A stretch of DNA of 64,000 bases from Bacillota bacterium (lineage in GTDB: Bacteria > Bacillota > SHA-98 > Ch115 > JABLXJ01), in the NCBI GenBank assembly GCA_012839815.1, contig DUMQ01000124.1, positions 5,933 through 69,932 of the forward strand. The letters run 5' to 3'. Positions 1-10,109 of the stretch are shown here, in pieces; the first letter of the stretch is position 1; every line of letters begins with the position of its first letter. The notes beneath the pieces are model-generated. The model ran no database searches. It was not told the DNA's origin and worked only from the letters and a program-made list of their open reading frames with translations. The position numbers and the translations under genes are program-made.

Positions 1-117
1 TTTCCTTATGGTCCCCTCAGCAACACCCAGCATTCCGGCGATCGCGGTGTAGGTCTCGCGCCCGTCTCTCTGGAGTATCTTCATGATGGCCCTATCAAGT
101 TCGTCCAGCGTGAACAC
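1..117 (-). CDS. Lrp/AsnC family transcriptional regulator (5' part; runs off the window start)
   Basis: Manual translation from GTG at 117 (GGAG 6 nt upstream): VFTLDELDRAIMKILQRDGRETYTAIAGMLGVAEGTIRK, a typical AsnC HTH. Not in the ORF track. Confidence 0.85.
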   Translation of the reverse strand, partial: MFTLDELDRAIMKILQRDGRETYTAIAGMLGVAEGTIRK

Positions 118-287
118 AGCGCGCTCCGGAGGCATTTACCTTCCCCCCGTCCTCTATCCTTGAGCCGTGGCCGCTCGTTTTCATGACGACCAAGTATATT
201 GTATTTCACTTTCCGTTCCATATCAAGCCGTAAAGAACGAATTTTGCACTGAATATGCATACCAAATGCGAACATTCAACGGAAAGA

Positions 288-2045
288 CTATACGAAGCAG
301 CTCCCACCGATGAACTCTCTCAAGAGCGAGTTGGCAGGCACATCCTTGGGATCCACCTCAAGGAAGTAATCTAGAAACTTGAGAAGCCGCTTCGCCTCGG
401 AATACTCCGGTACCGACCTGTCAATCTGCTCAAGGAGGGGCTCCGCGTATTTTTTCAGGACCGCAAGTTCATAGGCCAGCGCCGAATTAAACATAACGTC
501 AGCCTCCTCCTGGAACGGGAAAATGTTCTTCTCCTCCCCCTTGCGCACGCTCGGCCAGAGCCGGATCGTTTCGAGGGCATTGTGCGACCTGAACTGGCTA
601 TCCCTGACTATTCGCCTTAAAAGCCTGACATCCGTGGTTGGGATCCTGTTATGATCATCGATATTTAACTGCGTGAGGGCGCTTACGTATATCTTAAACT
701 TGCGGCTCTTGGGTATGGAGAGGGTGAGGCGGTCATTCAAACCATGAATCCCCTCGATAATGATAGGTTGGTCAGGCCTAATCCTGAGCCTGCGCCCTGA
801 AGACTCCCTCTTTCCTTTAAGGAAATTGAATGCCGGCAACTCTACTTCTTCGCCTTGGATGAGCCTGGCCAGGTGCTCATTGAATAGCTTAAGGTCTATG
901 GCTTCAAGGGCTTCGAAGTCGTAATTCCCCGCCTCATCCCGGGGGGTGTGTTCTCTATCCACGAAATAGTCGTCCAAGGATATCGATACAGGCTTCAAGC
1001 CGTTTACCCTTAGCTGGACCGCCAGCCGTTGGGCAAAAGTGGTCTTCCCTGAGGACGACGGCCCCGCTATAAGGATAAGTCTCAACCTGTCCTTGTTCTC
1101 CGTAATTAGATCAGCTATCTTCGCTATCTTCTTTTCGTGAAATGCCTCGGCCACCCGTATAATATCGCCGATATTGCCCTGTGATACGATGTCATTTAGA
1201 GAGGCCACATCCGAAACATTGAGCACCTGGCCCCACCTCTCCGCCTCAAAGAAGACGCTCGCGAGCTTTCCCTGCTCCACATACTCTGGTATCCTGGTAG
1301 GGTCGCTCCTTGATGGGAATTCGAGGATGAAGCCAGGCAGGTAAAACCTGAGGCGGAAAAGCCGCAGGTAGCCCGTGCTCGGCACCATATACCCATAGGA
1401 GTAATCACTGAACCAGTCGCAGGTATATATGTTGACCGTTGGGGCCTTGCGATACTTGAGAAGGCGAACCTTGTCATGCTGGCCGTCCCTCTCAAAAAGG
1501 GCTACGGCTTCCTCCTTTGGTATGGTCCTCTTGGCAAATGGAACATCCCTTTTGACTATCTCCTTCATCCTCGCCTCGATATTCTCGATATCTTTCTCAG
1601 TGACTGGCCGCTCCCAATATATCTCACCATACAGGCCATTGCCGAGCGAATGCTCCACGCTTACCCTGCAGCCTGCGAGGATCTCCCTGGCGGCCATAAC
1701 CAGGAGGGATACCAGGCTGCGCTGGTATATCCTCATCCCATCCTCCGTCTCAAGATCGAGAAACTCAACGGATGCGTCCTCATCGAGCTGGTATGTCAAT
1801 TCACGAAGCTCATTATTGACCCTGGCGGCCACGATTGGCGATGGTCTCGCGCCCCCGTGCTCCCGGGCCAGGGCCATGAGGGATATCCCCTTCGGGACCC
1901 TCTCCCTCTTCTTGCTCTCCCCCTCTTGCGCCGCCTGGCACCTTCTCGCGGGAGCGGTGGCGGGAGGGGTGATCGTCACCGTTATAAGATCATCACGAGC
2001 AAAATCATCACGAGTCACTTCGCATCCCAGCCTTTCTATCCCCAC
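288..2045 (-). CDS. Nucleoside (uridine) kinase family protein with N-terminal threonyl-tRNA-synthetase-like domain
   Basis: C-terminal P-loop AGPSSSGKTT, ISLDDYF, IIEGIHGL and TDVRLLRRIVRD. N-terminal region resembles the ThrRS N-terminal domains. True start may lie downstream of the ORF start. Confidence 0.85.
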   Translation of the reverse strand: MGIERLGCEVTRDDFARDDLITVTITPPATAPARRCQAAQEGESKKRERVPKGISLMALAREHGGARPSPIVAARVNNELRELTYQLDEDASVEFLDLETEDGMRIYQRSLVSLLVMAAREILAGCRVSVEHSLGNGLYGEIYWERPVTEKDIENIEARMKEIVKRDVPFAKRTIPKEEAVALFERDGQHDKVRLLKYRKAPTVNIYTCDWFSDYSYGYMVPSTGYLRLFRLRFYLPGFILEFPSRSDPTRIPEYVEQGKLASVFFEAERWGQVLNVSDVASLNDIVSQGNIGDIIRVAEAFHEKKIAKIADLITENKDRLRLILIAGPSSSGKTTFAQRLAVQLRVNGLKPVSISLDDYFVDREHTPRDEAGNYDFEALEAIDLKLFNEHLARLIQGEEVELPAFNFLKGKRESSGRRLRIRPDQPIIIEGIHGLNDRLTLSIPKSRKFKIYVSALTQLNIDDHNRIPTTDVRLLRRIVRDSQFRSHNALETIRLWPSVRKGEEKNIFPFQEEADVMFNSALAYELAVLKKYAEPLLEQIDRSVPEYSEAKRLLKFLDYFLEVDPKDVPANSLLREFIGGSCFV

Positions 2046-2208
2046 TACTTAGCTTATTCTATCCATTTTCGGCCCACCAGACAAGGGAACCTGCCGGAAT
2101 TACTACTATTTGACTCTACTATTTGACAGGCGCTAATTTTCCCGGCAAACCTGTGGAAAAATTAAGAGCAGGATTGAGACACAATAAAGATAAAGATAGG
2201 ATAAAGAG

Positions 2209-3384
2209 TTGGATAGAAAAGCGGGGGCGTTTGCCGTGAGACAGGGCCATGCGAATCCGGGTAGCATTACAGATTTAGGCGACTTGAAGAGACTAGCGGG
2301 ATTTATAGCGGACCTGGTTGTGTTCTTCAAGATCGTAACGAGGGTCTTCCCTGCAGTATCCGCGGAATTATCCAGGTGGACGGCCAAACTCGAGGCATGT
2401 GCGGACCCGGAGCTGAGGGCGCAAGCGCTTTCCAGCATTCGCCTTAAACGATTTCACGCCCAGGGAGGAAGCATGTATGCCCTCCTCCACCCAGTGTCCC
2501 CGAGAGCACGGCGCCGGGTCATAAACCTGATAGTCGCCTTTCAAACGATAAGCGATTACCTGGATAATCTCTGCGACTATATGGAGTGCTTCGATGAAGA
2601 AGCCTTCAGGTCCCTCCACCTTGCCATGATCGATGCGCTCGACCCCGGCCCCCACCCCGGCACGAAACGAGAAGATGACCCATATTACAGGGTCTTTCCC
2701 CATGGAAACGATGGGGGTTACCTTGCCGCTCTGGTGGGCGAGTGCCAGCGCAATGCACGGGACCTGCCGGCGTTTGAAGCGATCCGGAGCGAGGCGGCCC
2801 GCCTGACGAGCCTCTACTGCGACCTCCAGGTCTACAAGCACCTCGATCCAGCGGTCAGGGAGGCCCGTCTCATCAGGTGGTTCCAGCGCTACGAGCACCA
2901 GTTTCCCGGGATTTACTGGTGGGAATTTGCGGCCGCCGCAGGCTCCACCCTGTGCGTCTTTGCCTTGTTTAGCGCCGCCACCCGGGCCCGGAACCACCTC
3001 CTGGAAAATGAGGTCCGGGCCACGATCGAATCGTACTTCCCATGGATCTGCGGGCTTCATATCCTCCTGGATTATCTCATCGACCAGGGGGAGGATGAGG
3101 GTAGCGGGGCACTGAATTTTGTAAGGTGTTACCCCGACGATGAAACCAGAAATTCAAGGCTCAAGTTTTTTGTGGCCCAATCCCTCGCCAGGGCATCCCT
3201 CCTGCCCAACCCCGGGTTCCACAGGGCCGTTGTCAAGGGTCTCCTTGGCCTCTACCTGTCGGACCCCAAGGTCGAGGCTCAGGGCATGGGGCATCTTGCT
3301 GACGAGCTTCTCGCAATTGCCGGCCTGGAGGCAAGGGCTGCCCGCTGGCTCTGCGCCCAGCTCCGGCGCGCGGGGATAATCTAG
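2209..3384 (+). CDS. ytpB: Tetraprenyl-beta-curcumene synthase family (YtpB/DUF2600)
   Basis: Motifs RFHAQGG, FQTISDYLDNLCD, WWEFAAAAGSTL, LHILLDYLIDQ.ED and LYLSDPK. Start codon uncertain. Confidence 0.85.
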   Translation: MDRKAGAFAVRQGHANPGSITDLGDLKRLAGFIADLVVFFKIVTRVFPAVSAELSRWTAKLEACADPELRAQALSSIRLKRFHAQGGSMYALLHPVSPRARRRVINLIVAFQTISDYLDNLCDYMECFDEEAFRSLHLAMIDALDPGPHPGTKREDDPYYRVFPHGNDGGYLAALVGECQRNARDLPAFEAIRSEAARLTSLYCDLQVYKHLDPAVREARLIRWFQRYEHQFPGIYWWEFAAAAGSTLCVFALFSAATRARNHLLENEVRATIESYFPWICGLHILLDYLIDQGEDEGSGALNFVRCYPDDETRNSRLKFFVAQSLARASLLPNPGFHRAVVKGLLGLYLSDPKVEAQGMGHLADELLAIAGLEARAARWLCAQLRRAGII

Positions 3385-3423
3385 CGCACACCCCGTCCCT
3401 CTAGACGATCCGCTTCTACTTGT

Positions 3424-4467
3424 CTACCTGTCGCGAACCAGGACCCGGTCTGCGATGTCCTCCAGGCAGGCCCTTGAGGGCCCCTCGGGCATCTCAGCGA
3501 GGCAGGCTTTGGCCGCCTCCACGTGGTGCCTGGCCTTGCGGCGGGCATACTCCAGTGCGCCGCTCGAACTAACCCAGTCGCATATGGTCTTAACATCGTC
3601 CCGAGACGGCCGGCGTCCCGCCAGCATCCTCCTTATATCCGCCGAAAACCTTGCATCTCGCAGTATGTGGAGGATAGGGAGAGTCAGGATGCCAGATGAT
3701 AGATCGAGCCCGGCCGGCTTGCCGGTGACCCTCTCCTCGCCGGTGAAGTCGAGCAGGTCATCTGTTATCTGAAATGCGTAACCCAGTTCAAGCCCGTACC
3801 GCATCATGGCCCCTGCCTCTCTTTTGGATGCCCGCCCGATAACGGCACCGGCGTAACACGAAGCTGCCATGAGGTGGGCCGTCTTTTTGCGGATTTGCTC
3901 CATATAATCGGCCTCGGTAAGGTCGCAGTTAAAGGCCTGACACGCCTGCTCGATCTCTCCCTCGCACATGACCGTGATCGCCTCGGCCATTAGCCTCACG
4001 AGACCAAGCCGGTTCCTGTGGTCCATCCGGCTCAGGATGGTTAGAGCACGGGCAAATAGAAAATCGCCTGCCAGGACCGATGTGCGATTCCCCCATAGGG
4101 AGTTCACAGTTGCCCTGCCCCTCCTGGTGCGCGCGTTGTCTATAATGTCATCGTGGATCAGGGAGGCCATGTGGATCAACTCGGTAGCAACAGCTACGTC
4201 TATAGCTCCCTCGGGATCATGCCGGAAGGAGCGTGCACACAAGAGCACAAGCAAAGGCCTGATGCGCTTGCCTCCCCCGAAGATGAGGTAGTTGCACACG
4301 TCGCCGATGAGTTGGGAATGGGACGATGTCACCTCCTGGAGCCGCTCCTCGACTCGCTTCAGGTCGGCGGCGACACCCGACGCGGGAAGCTCTAGCGCCT
4401 CGAAGGTCCCTGGTCTCTCAATTGCCTGGATGCCCACTCTCAAAGATCCCCCTAACCATGGTCGCAA
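3424..4467 (-). CDS. Polyprenyl diphosphate synthase (heptaprenyl diphosphate synthase component II-like)
   Basis: GGKRIRP, first Asp-rich motif LIHDDIID..RRGR, KKTA, second motif FQITDDLLD. Confidence 0.9.
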   Translation of the reverse strand: MRPWLGGSLRVGIQAIERPGTFEALELPASGVAADLKRVEERLQEVTSSHSQLIGDVCNYLIFGGGKRIRPLLVLLCARSFRHDPEGAIDVAVATELIHMASLIHDDIIDNARTRRGRATVNSLWGNRTSVLAGDFLFARALTILSRMDHRNRLGLVRLMAEAITVMCEGEIEQACQAFNCDLTEADYMEQIRKKTAHLMAASCYAGAVIGRASKREAGAMMRYGLELGYAFQITDDLLDFTGEERVTGKPAGLDLSSGILTLPILHILRDARFSADIRRMLAGRRPSRDDVKTICDWVSSSGALEYARRKARHHVEAAKACLAEMPEGPSRACLEDIADRVLVRDR

Positions 4468-4596
4468 GATTAAGCCACAGACCTATAAGAGATATATGGC
4501 CTGCGGGCTCTACATTAGTGTGACCATTTTCCGCCGCGGGCAACCAGAGAAATACCACACACAACCACGCACAGGCGACGCCGCGCTCAGGCCTTA

Positions 4597-5601
4597 TTAC
4601 CTCGAAACACTCATCTGGTAGTCGTATACCATGCGCGATATCTCAGCTATATTGCCAAAACCCTGGTCTATATCGTAGATTCCCTTTGAAAGCACAACAA
4701 GAATATAGGGCCGCTGGGCGAATACTATACCGGCATCGTTGGCCACGCCCCAAACATCGCCCTCTTTGTGAGCCACCGTTACATCCTCCGGGAGTTTCCC
4801 CGGCAGGCCCACATGATATATGGGATGTGACATGTCATCGAGGAGACGCGCTCCAAGCTCTGGATGTCTCTTACTAAAGTCAAGCACGGCCTCCATATAA
4901 GCACCCATGTCGGCGGCCGTGGTGATGTTTGCGCCACCCGGGAATACCGTCCTGCCGCCGACCCTCTCCATGAACAGCTTTATGTTTTCCTTGCCGAGGT
5001 AACGCATGAGCATCCTATTAGCAACGTTATCACTTATGGTGATCGCCAGGTTGGCGAGCACCCTAAGCGAATACCGGTCGCCCTCGCGCGCCGTAAACTG
5101 CAATATTCCAGCTCCTTCCTGGTAATCGGTGTCCTTGTGATACGTGACACGATCATCCCAATCCAGCTTGCCCTGGGCTACGAGTTCATTCAGGTACAGG
5201 ACGACGGGGACCTTAACCGTGCTCGCGGCCGTTATCGGCTCCCCGGCGTTGATCTCCATAGTTGCCCCGGACTCGAGGTCTTTAAGGTAGACGCCGTAGG
5301 TCGCCCCGGTGGTCGCGATGTAGTCAATAAGCTGCTCCCGCAACGGCCCGTAATCAGGGAGGCTGGATGAGCTCCCGCGCCTGACGCCTTCCGTGGATCC
5401 AGGTCCGCTACCGGTATTCACGCCCTCACCCCCACCCTCCTTTGCCTCTGGAGTTACCTCTTGCGGGGTCCCACTTGCGTCAAAGGGCCAACCGCCCTGC
5501 CCGTGTCCCCCGGGCCCGCGCCCGAGGGCCTGAAACGAGAATGCTATAATCACGGCCGCCAAAATGACCGCCGTTATTATCCTAAATATTCTGCAAGGCA
5601 T
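4597..5601 (-). CDS. Exported class A beta-lactamase-like serine hydrolase
   Basis: N-terminal hydrophobic signal, Gly-rich linker, SxxK (ASTVK), SDN and HKEG (KTG-like) motifs. Confidence 0.8.
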   Translation of the reverse strand: MPCRIFRIITAVILAAVIIAFSFQALGRGPGGHGQGGWPFDASGTPQEVTPEAKEGGGEGVNTGSGPGSTEGVRRGSSSSLPDYGPLREQLIDYIATTGATYGVYLKDLESGATMEINAGEPITAASTVKVPVVLYLNELVAQGKLDWDDRVTYHKDTDYQEGAGILQFTAREGDRYSLRVLANLAITISDNVANRMLMRYLGKENIKLFMERVGGRTVFPGGANITTAADMGAYMEAVLDFSKRHPELGARLLDDMSHPIYHVGLPGKLPEDVTVAHKEGDVWGVANDAGIVFAQRPYILVVLSKGIYDIDQGFGNIAEISRMVYDYQMSVSR

Positions 5602-5872
5602 GATTTAATTCTCTCCCCTCCCAAAGTCTATACGAAAAATATTATATAGGAGACAATGCATCCCTGCATCAAGCAAATCTTGACACTTTTTCTCACTTGC
5701 CCTCATATCTTGAGAAGGATTATTTACATATCCGTCGAAGAAGAATTGCGGCAAAGCAATGTGGGTAAGACGCCAGGAAGCCGACGGAACGTGCAGAGTG
5801 CATGCAAGGCATAAGTAAGAAGGGATAGAACGGGTCAGCACCATATAATAGGATTGAGGGGGTTTGCCAGAC

Positions 5873-6130
5873 ATGGCGGGATTTCTATCCGGGCTTTTCG
5901 GGGGCAAAAAGGGCACAAAAAAATATGAGGACATATTCACGACCGCAAAGAAGATGGGCCAGAGTATCGAGTATGCTTTTAGGCAGGCCGTAGACGCCTC
6001 CGTGGCGGATAAGGTATTCAAAGACAAGAGCGAGGCTTGCGACAAGCTCCTGGAGGTTCTACTGCCAAAGGTTGATTCGGAACTACACCCTGCGCTCCGG
6101 AAGGCGTGCGAGCGCATAAAAGAGCTTTGA
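5873..6130 (+). CDS. Small hypothetical protein (85 aa)
   Basis: GAGGGGG about 10 nt before ATG 5873. Fills the gap, converging on the permease gene. Begins MAGFLSGLFGGKK. Confidence 0.6.
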   Translation: MAGFLSGLFGGKKGTKKYEDIFTTAKKMGQSIEYAFRQAVDASVADKVFKDKSEACDKLLEVLLPKVDSELHPALRKACERIKEL

Positions 6131-6149
6131 GGATCGTGTGCCTGGCCTA

Positions 6150-7154
6150 TCACACCGCCCCGCGTTCCCGCAGCCTGTCAAGGGCCACGGCCAGCAGGAG
6201 CACCGCGCCGCGCGCCACGTCCTGGTAAAAGGATGAGACGTTGAGCAGGACGAGGCCGTTATTGAGCGTGCCCAGTATGAGGGTGCCGAGGAGCGTACCC
6301 CATATGCTCCCTTTACCGCCCGAGAGGCTCGTGCCCCCCAGTATCACCGCGGCGATCACGGTGAGGGCCACACCCGTTGCCGCCTGGGGGGCGCTTGCTC
6401 CAAGCATCGAGGTGAGTAGCACCCCACTCCCAGCGGCAGCCGCGCCGGAAATCACGTAAACCAGCATAGTGATAAGGTCTATGTTGATGCCTGAGAGCCT
6501 CGCAGCCTCTGCATTGCCGCCGATCGCATAGATGGACCTGCCAAACGGCATATAGTTGAGCACAATAAACGCCAGCGCAAAGACAACGGCCATCATCAGG
6601 AGCGGAAAGGGAATCCCCGCAACGTCGCCCATGGCGATAAACCTGAACCCCGGGTGGAGGAGGCTCGATGTCAGCCCTCCGGTAAGGACGAAGGCGATTC
6701 CGCGCACTATCGACATGCTGCCGAGCGTCGTGATAAACGCGTTTATCTTGAGTCTGGTCACGCAGAGCCCGTTAGCCGCCCCGACCAGGGTCCCGAGGAT
6801 TATACTGACTATGACTCCGGTCCATATTCCTAAACCGGCCCTGTAGATAATGCCTATTATCACGCCCGAGATGGCGGCCACCGCTTCCACAGATAGATCG
6901 AGGCCCCCGGCAATGAGCACGAGGGTCGACCCCGCCGCCATTATCCCTATATAGGCCATGTTGGTCCCGATGTTCAGGAAGTTTCGTACATTAAGAAAAT
7001 ACGGGGAAACTACAGAAAAGAATATGATCATGCCCGCGTAAAAGGCAAGCAAGATCGCCGTTCCCGACCACTTTAACACCCCGGGAGTTCCCCGCACGGC
7101 CTGGGTGGTCTCGCGGATAGCCGCGTCGCCGGGTCTTCCGGTCCCAATCATCAT
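6150..7154 (-). CDS. Monosaccharide ABC transporter permease (RbsC-like)
   Basis: Multi-TM protein with GGLDLSV, FITTLG, GRSIYAIGGNAEAARLSGI and IAAVILGGTSLSGGKGS. Confidence 0.93.
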   Translation of the reverse strand: MMIGTGRPGDAAIRETTQAVRGTPGVLKWSGTAILLAFYAGMIIFFSVVSPYFLNVRNFLNIGTNMAYIGIMAAGSTLVLIAGGLDLSVEAVAAISGVIIGIIYRAGLGIWTGVIVSIILGTLVGAANGLCVTRLKINAFITTLGSMSIVRGIAFVLTGGLTSSLLHPGFRFIAMGDVAGIPFPLLMMAVVFALAFIVLNYMPFGRSIYAIGGNAEAARLSGINIDLITMLVYVISGAAAAGSGVLLTSMLGASAPQAATGVALTVIAAVILGGTSLSGGKGSIWGTLLGTLILGTLNNGLVLLNVSSFYQDVARGAVLLLAVALDRLRERGAV

Positions 7155-8716
7155 GACACTCCCCCCATGGCGCAGTAAAGCACCCTCTCCTGCGTTGCAT
7201 CTTCCCCGCTAAACTCGGCCATGACCCTGCCCTTGTAAAGCACGAGAATCCTGTTGCTGATCCTGAGGACCTCAGGTAGGTCCGAGGACAGGACCACGAT
7301 GGCCATCCCCTCTTCTGCGAGCCTCTTCAAGATCCCGTAGATGTCCTCCCTCGCCCCCACGTCCACGCCTCGCGTCGGCTCATCGATGACAAGCACCTTC
7401 ATGTGTCGGGCAAGCCACTTCGCCAGGAGCACCTTTTGCTGGTTGCCGCCGCTCAGGAATCTGGCCGGCTGGAAGAGGCTCCTGCACCTTATGCCGAGCC
7501 CATTCACCCACCTGCTTGCAACGGCGATCTTCTCGTCACGCCTCAAGAAGCCACCCCTCGTCAGCTTATCCATCGATGGCAGGGTGATGTTTTCCTCCAC
7601 GCTCATCTCCAATATGAGCCCCTCCGTCTTGCGATCGGCCGGGACAAGGCCGATCCCATGGATCTTGGCCTCGCCCGGGGATTTGAAGTGAACCGGCACC
7701 CCGTCCACGGCGATCGTCCCGCCATCCACCGGCACGGCACCAACCAGGGCTTTTGCCAGATAATCCGTGCCCGAACCCATGAGGCCAAAAAACGCCACTA
7801 CCTCGCCCGCCCTAACCTGGAATGATACATAATCGAGGCACCCTCGCCGCGACAGGTTCTCCACCGACAATATTGCGGGCCCGGCCGGACGGGCTGGAGC
7901 AAGGTGGCCCTGGACCAGGCTTCGCCCGACCATTGCACGCACGAGGTCCTGGTGCGTAAATCTATTGCGCTCAAATATCCCGGCATTCCTGCCGTCGCGG
8001 AGGACCATAACCCTATCCGCGATCCTGAATACCTCCTCGAGCCGGTGGGAGATATATATTATCCCGACGCCTTTGCTCTTGAGCCCCTCCACAACCTCGA
8101 ACAGCCTCTTTATTTCCCGGTCGGTAAGAGCCGCAGTCGGCTCATCCATTATGAGGATCTTCGCCTCGGCCGAGAGCGCCCTGGCTATCTCCACGATCTG
8201 CCGCTCGGCGACTGTAAGGCGCCCCACCTCCACATCGGGGTCGATCCTCACATCAAGCATATTCAGGACGCGCATAGCCTCCCGCCGCATCCCCTCGTAA
8301 TCCACTATAGGCACCCCGGAGCCCCTAGGCTTACGAAGCGGGAGCCTCCCGAGAAGTATATTCTCCGCCACCGATAACTCGGAGACTGTATTGGGCTCCT
8401 GATAAATAGCCCGGATCCCGCGAGCTATCGCATCCCGCGGGGTCTCCATCTCTACTCTCATTCCGTCGATGATGATCGTACCGGCGTCCTTCGTGTAATC
8501 GCCATTTAGAATCTTAATTAGCGTAGACTTGCCCGCCCCATTTTGCCCAAGCAGCGCCACGACCTCTCCGCGCCTCAGTGTGAGCTCCACATCATCGAGG
8601 ACCTTGACGCCCGAGAACGATTTGGTAATCCCATGCATCTCCAGGACATACGGTGAATGCTTCTCTTTTGCGCTAGCGTCTGCACCCCTCGCGGCCACGC
8701 CCATCGCCACCACCAT
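7151..8716 (-). CDS. Monosaccharide ABC transporter ATP-binding protein (two-domain, RbsA-like)
   Basis: GQNGAGKST, MDEPT, SHRLEE in domain 1. LSGGNQQK and IDEPTRGVDVGA in domain 2. Start set at ATG 8716 after a GGAGGAGAAGGGG RBS-like tract (ORF track starts at 8842). Confidence 0.93.
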   Translation of the reverse strand: MVVAMGVAARGADASAKEKHSPYVLEMHGITKSFSGVKVLDDVELTLRRGEVVALLGQNGAGKSTLIKILNGDYTKDAGTIIIDGMRVEMETPRDAIARGIRAIYQEPNTVSELSVAENILLGRLPLRKPRGSGVPIVDYEGMRREAMRVLNMLDVRIDPDVEVGRLTVAERQIVEIARALSAEAKILIMDEPTAALTDREIKRLFEVVEGLKSKGVGIIYISHRLEEVFRIADRVMVLRDGRNAGIFERNRFTHQDLVRAMVGRSLVQGHLAPARPAGPAILSVENLSRRGCLDYVSFQVRAGEVVAFFGLMGSGTDYLAKALVGAVPVDGGTIAVDGVPVHFKSPGEAKIHGIGLVPADRKTEGLILEMSVEENITLPSMDKLTRGGFLRRDEKIAVASRWVNGLGIRCRSLFQPARFLSGGNQQKVLLAKWLARHMKVLVIDEPTRGVDVGAREDIYGILKRLAEEGMAIVVLSSDLPEVLRISNRILVLYKGRVMAEFSGEDATQERVLYCAMGGVS

Positions 8717-8934
8717 TTCCCCTTCTCCTCCGGATATGCCGGGAGAAGGTCCCGGCACCATTAGCGCTTGCTGTTCTCTGGACAGCGGCAGGCTCGCCTC
8801 GCCGTGGGTCACCTCGCTGGGATGCGCGGCGAGCCTACCCATCCTTCTACCTCTTCCCCCGCTTTGCCCTCCGCTTTTCCTTTACCTTTTCGCTATTCAC
8901 CTATTCTATCCGCTTATCTATATTACCTACCCAC

Positions 8935-10002
8935 CTATTCACCAGGGTAGTACACCTTTACGTTGTCACGTGTAATGAAAACGTGATCCACAAACACCTC
9001 GCGAGGCACCTTCTCACCCGCAAGCATCTTGAGCGCCGTCGGGATGACCTTGTTGCCGTAGCGATCGGGGAAATGAGCAGTAGCCCCGATCAGACTCCCG
9101 TTTCTGATGCCTTCGCGGCCTAGTGGATCGGCCCCGAGCGCCACTATGAGGGCGTCAGATTTGCGCCGCGCGAAATCAAGGGCGGCAACTATTCCCATGG
9201 CAACCTCGTCGTTTATGCCAGTCCCCATGATAGGCGTCCCCTGGGGGATCCTCGCGAGAATATCAACCATCTGCTGCCGCGAGTAGTCGAGAGTATTCTT
9301 GCTATCAAATCGGATTATCTGCTTCTCGGGGAATCCCTTCAATATCTCGCGGAACCCGTCAACCACGCCCTGGATGCGCCTGGCCGGTATTTCACCGGAT
9401 TGCGGGAGCTCGCCAAGGACCAGGACCCCCTTTGGCGCTTTATCGCCCCACTTTTTGAGCGCGGCCTCTGCGAGGGCCTTGCCGGCGAGATAGCCGTCAA
9501 GATGGTTGTTTACGCCGAAGAATACCGCTCCGGGCATTGGTATATCGATGGCTATAACGGGGATCTTGGCCTTGTTGAACCGCTCCATGATCATGGGACC
9601 AAAGTTGACGTCGGTCTGGAATTCGATGACGAAATCGACGTTACGCGTCACAAAGTTGTCGGCGTTGGCCAGCGCTGTCGCACCGTCGAGCCTGTTGTCG
9701 GCGACGATGAGATCGATCCCTGCCGCCTCGCAATTCTTTTTGATGCTGTTTTCAACATCTATGCAAAAAGGTATATCGCGCTGGAGGTTGGCGAAGCCGA
9801 ATACATAACTCTTGCCGTTTCTCGGCGGCCTTACCTTCATGGCTTCGGATACCATCTTCTGGAGTTCCTGTTTGGAGAGCATCCCCATTATTTCGGCGCC
9901 CGCCATGAATTCAGAACCAACCATTGTAAAGAGGAACACCCCCAGGACGAACGCAACGATTAACGTTTTCAGCCTCCTAGACATGCCCGTTTCCCCCCTC
10001 AT
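8935..10002 (-). CDS. Sugar ABC transporter substrate-binding protein (RbsB-like)
   Basis: N-terminal signal peptide. KVIPVIAIDIP, GINDEVAMG and VALGAD motifs of type I periplasmic binding proteins. Lies directly upstream of the ATPase and permease genes. Confidence 0.88.
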   Translation of the reverse strand: MRGETGMSRRLKTLIVAFVLGVFLFTMVGSEFMAGAEIMGMLSKQELQKMVSEAMKVRPPRNGKSYVFGFANLQRDIPFCIDVENSIKKNCEAAGIDLIVADNRLDGATALANADNFVTRNVDFVIEFQTDVNFGPMIMERFNKAKIPVIAIDIPMPGAVFFGVNNHLDGYLAGKALAEAALKKWGDKAPKGVLVLGELPQSGEIPARRIQGVVDGFREILKGFPEKQIIRFDSKNTLDYSRQQMVDILARIPQGTPIMGTGINDEVAMGIVAALDFARRKSDALIVALGADPLGREGIRNGSLIGATAHFPDRYGNKVIPTALKMLAGEKVPREVFVDHVFITRDNVKVYYPGE

Positions 10003-10109
10003 GTTGATGGTCTAGCAGTCACCAACTCAATTCAAGACTCAGGGCTCGTGCCGGTACACCAGAAGTTCGCCGGGCGGCCAGAAACTTGCTGGGCCAGCTG
10101 ATTGGCAGC

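Noticed and set aside
2103-2127. 12-bp direct repeat CTACTATTTGAC x2
   Set aside because: Real, but short and most simply a local duplication in a promoter region. No other support for function.
4597-5601. Antibiotic resistance call for the beta-lactamase-like gene
   Set aside because: Catalytic motifs alone do not separate beta-lactamases from other penicillin-recognising hydrolases. HKEG and the isolated chromosomal context do not support a resistance claim.
8843-8934. Strand-skewed low-complexity spacers (also 2165-2220, 49398-49470, 60395-60465) with loose GAATAG/GATAAA repeats
   Set aside because: Repeats are imperfect and irregular, with no shared consensus strong enough to call a family.
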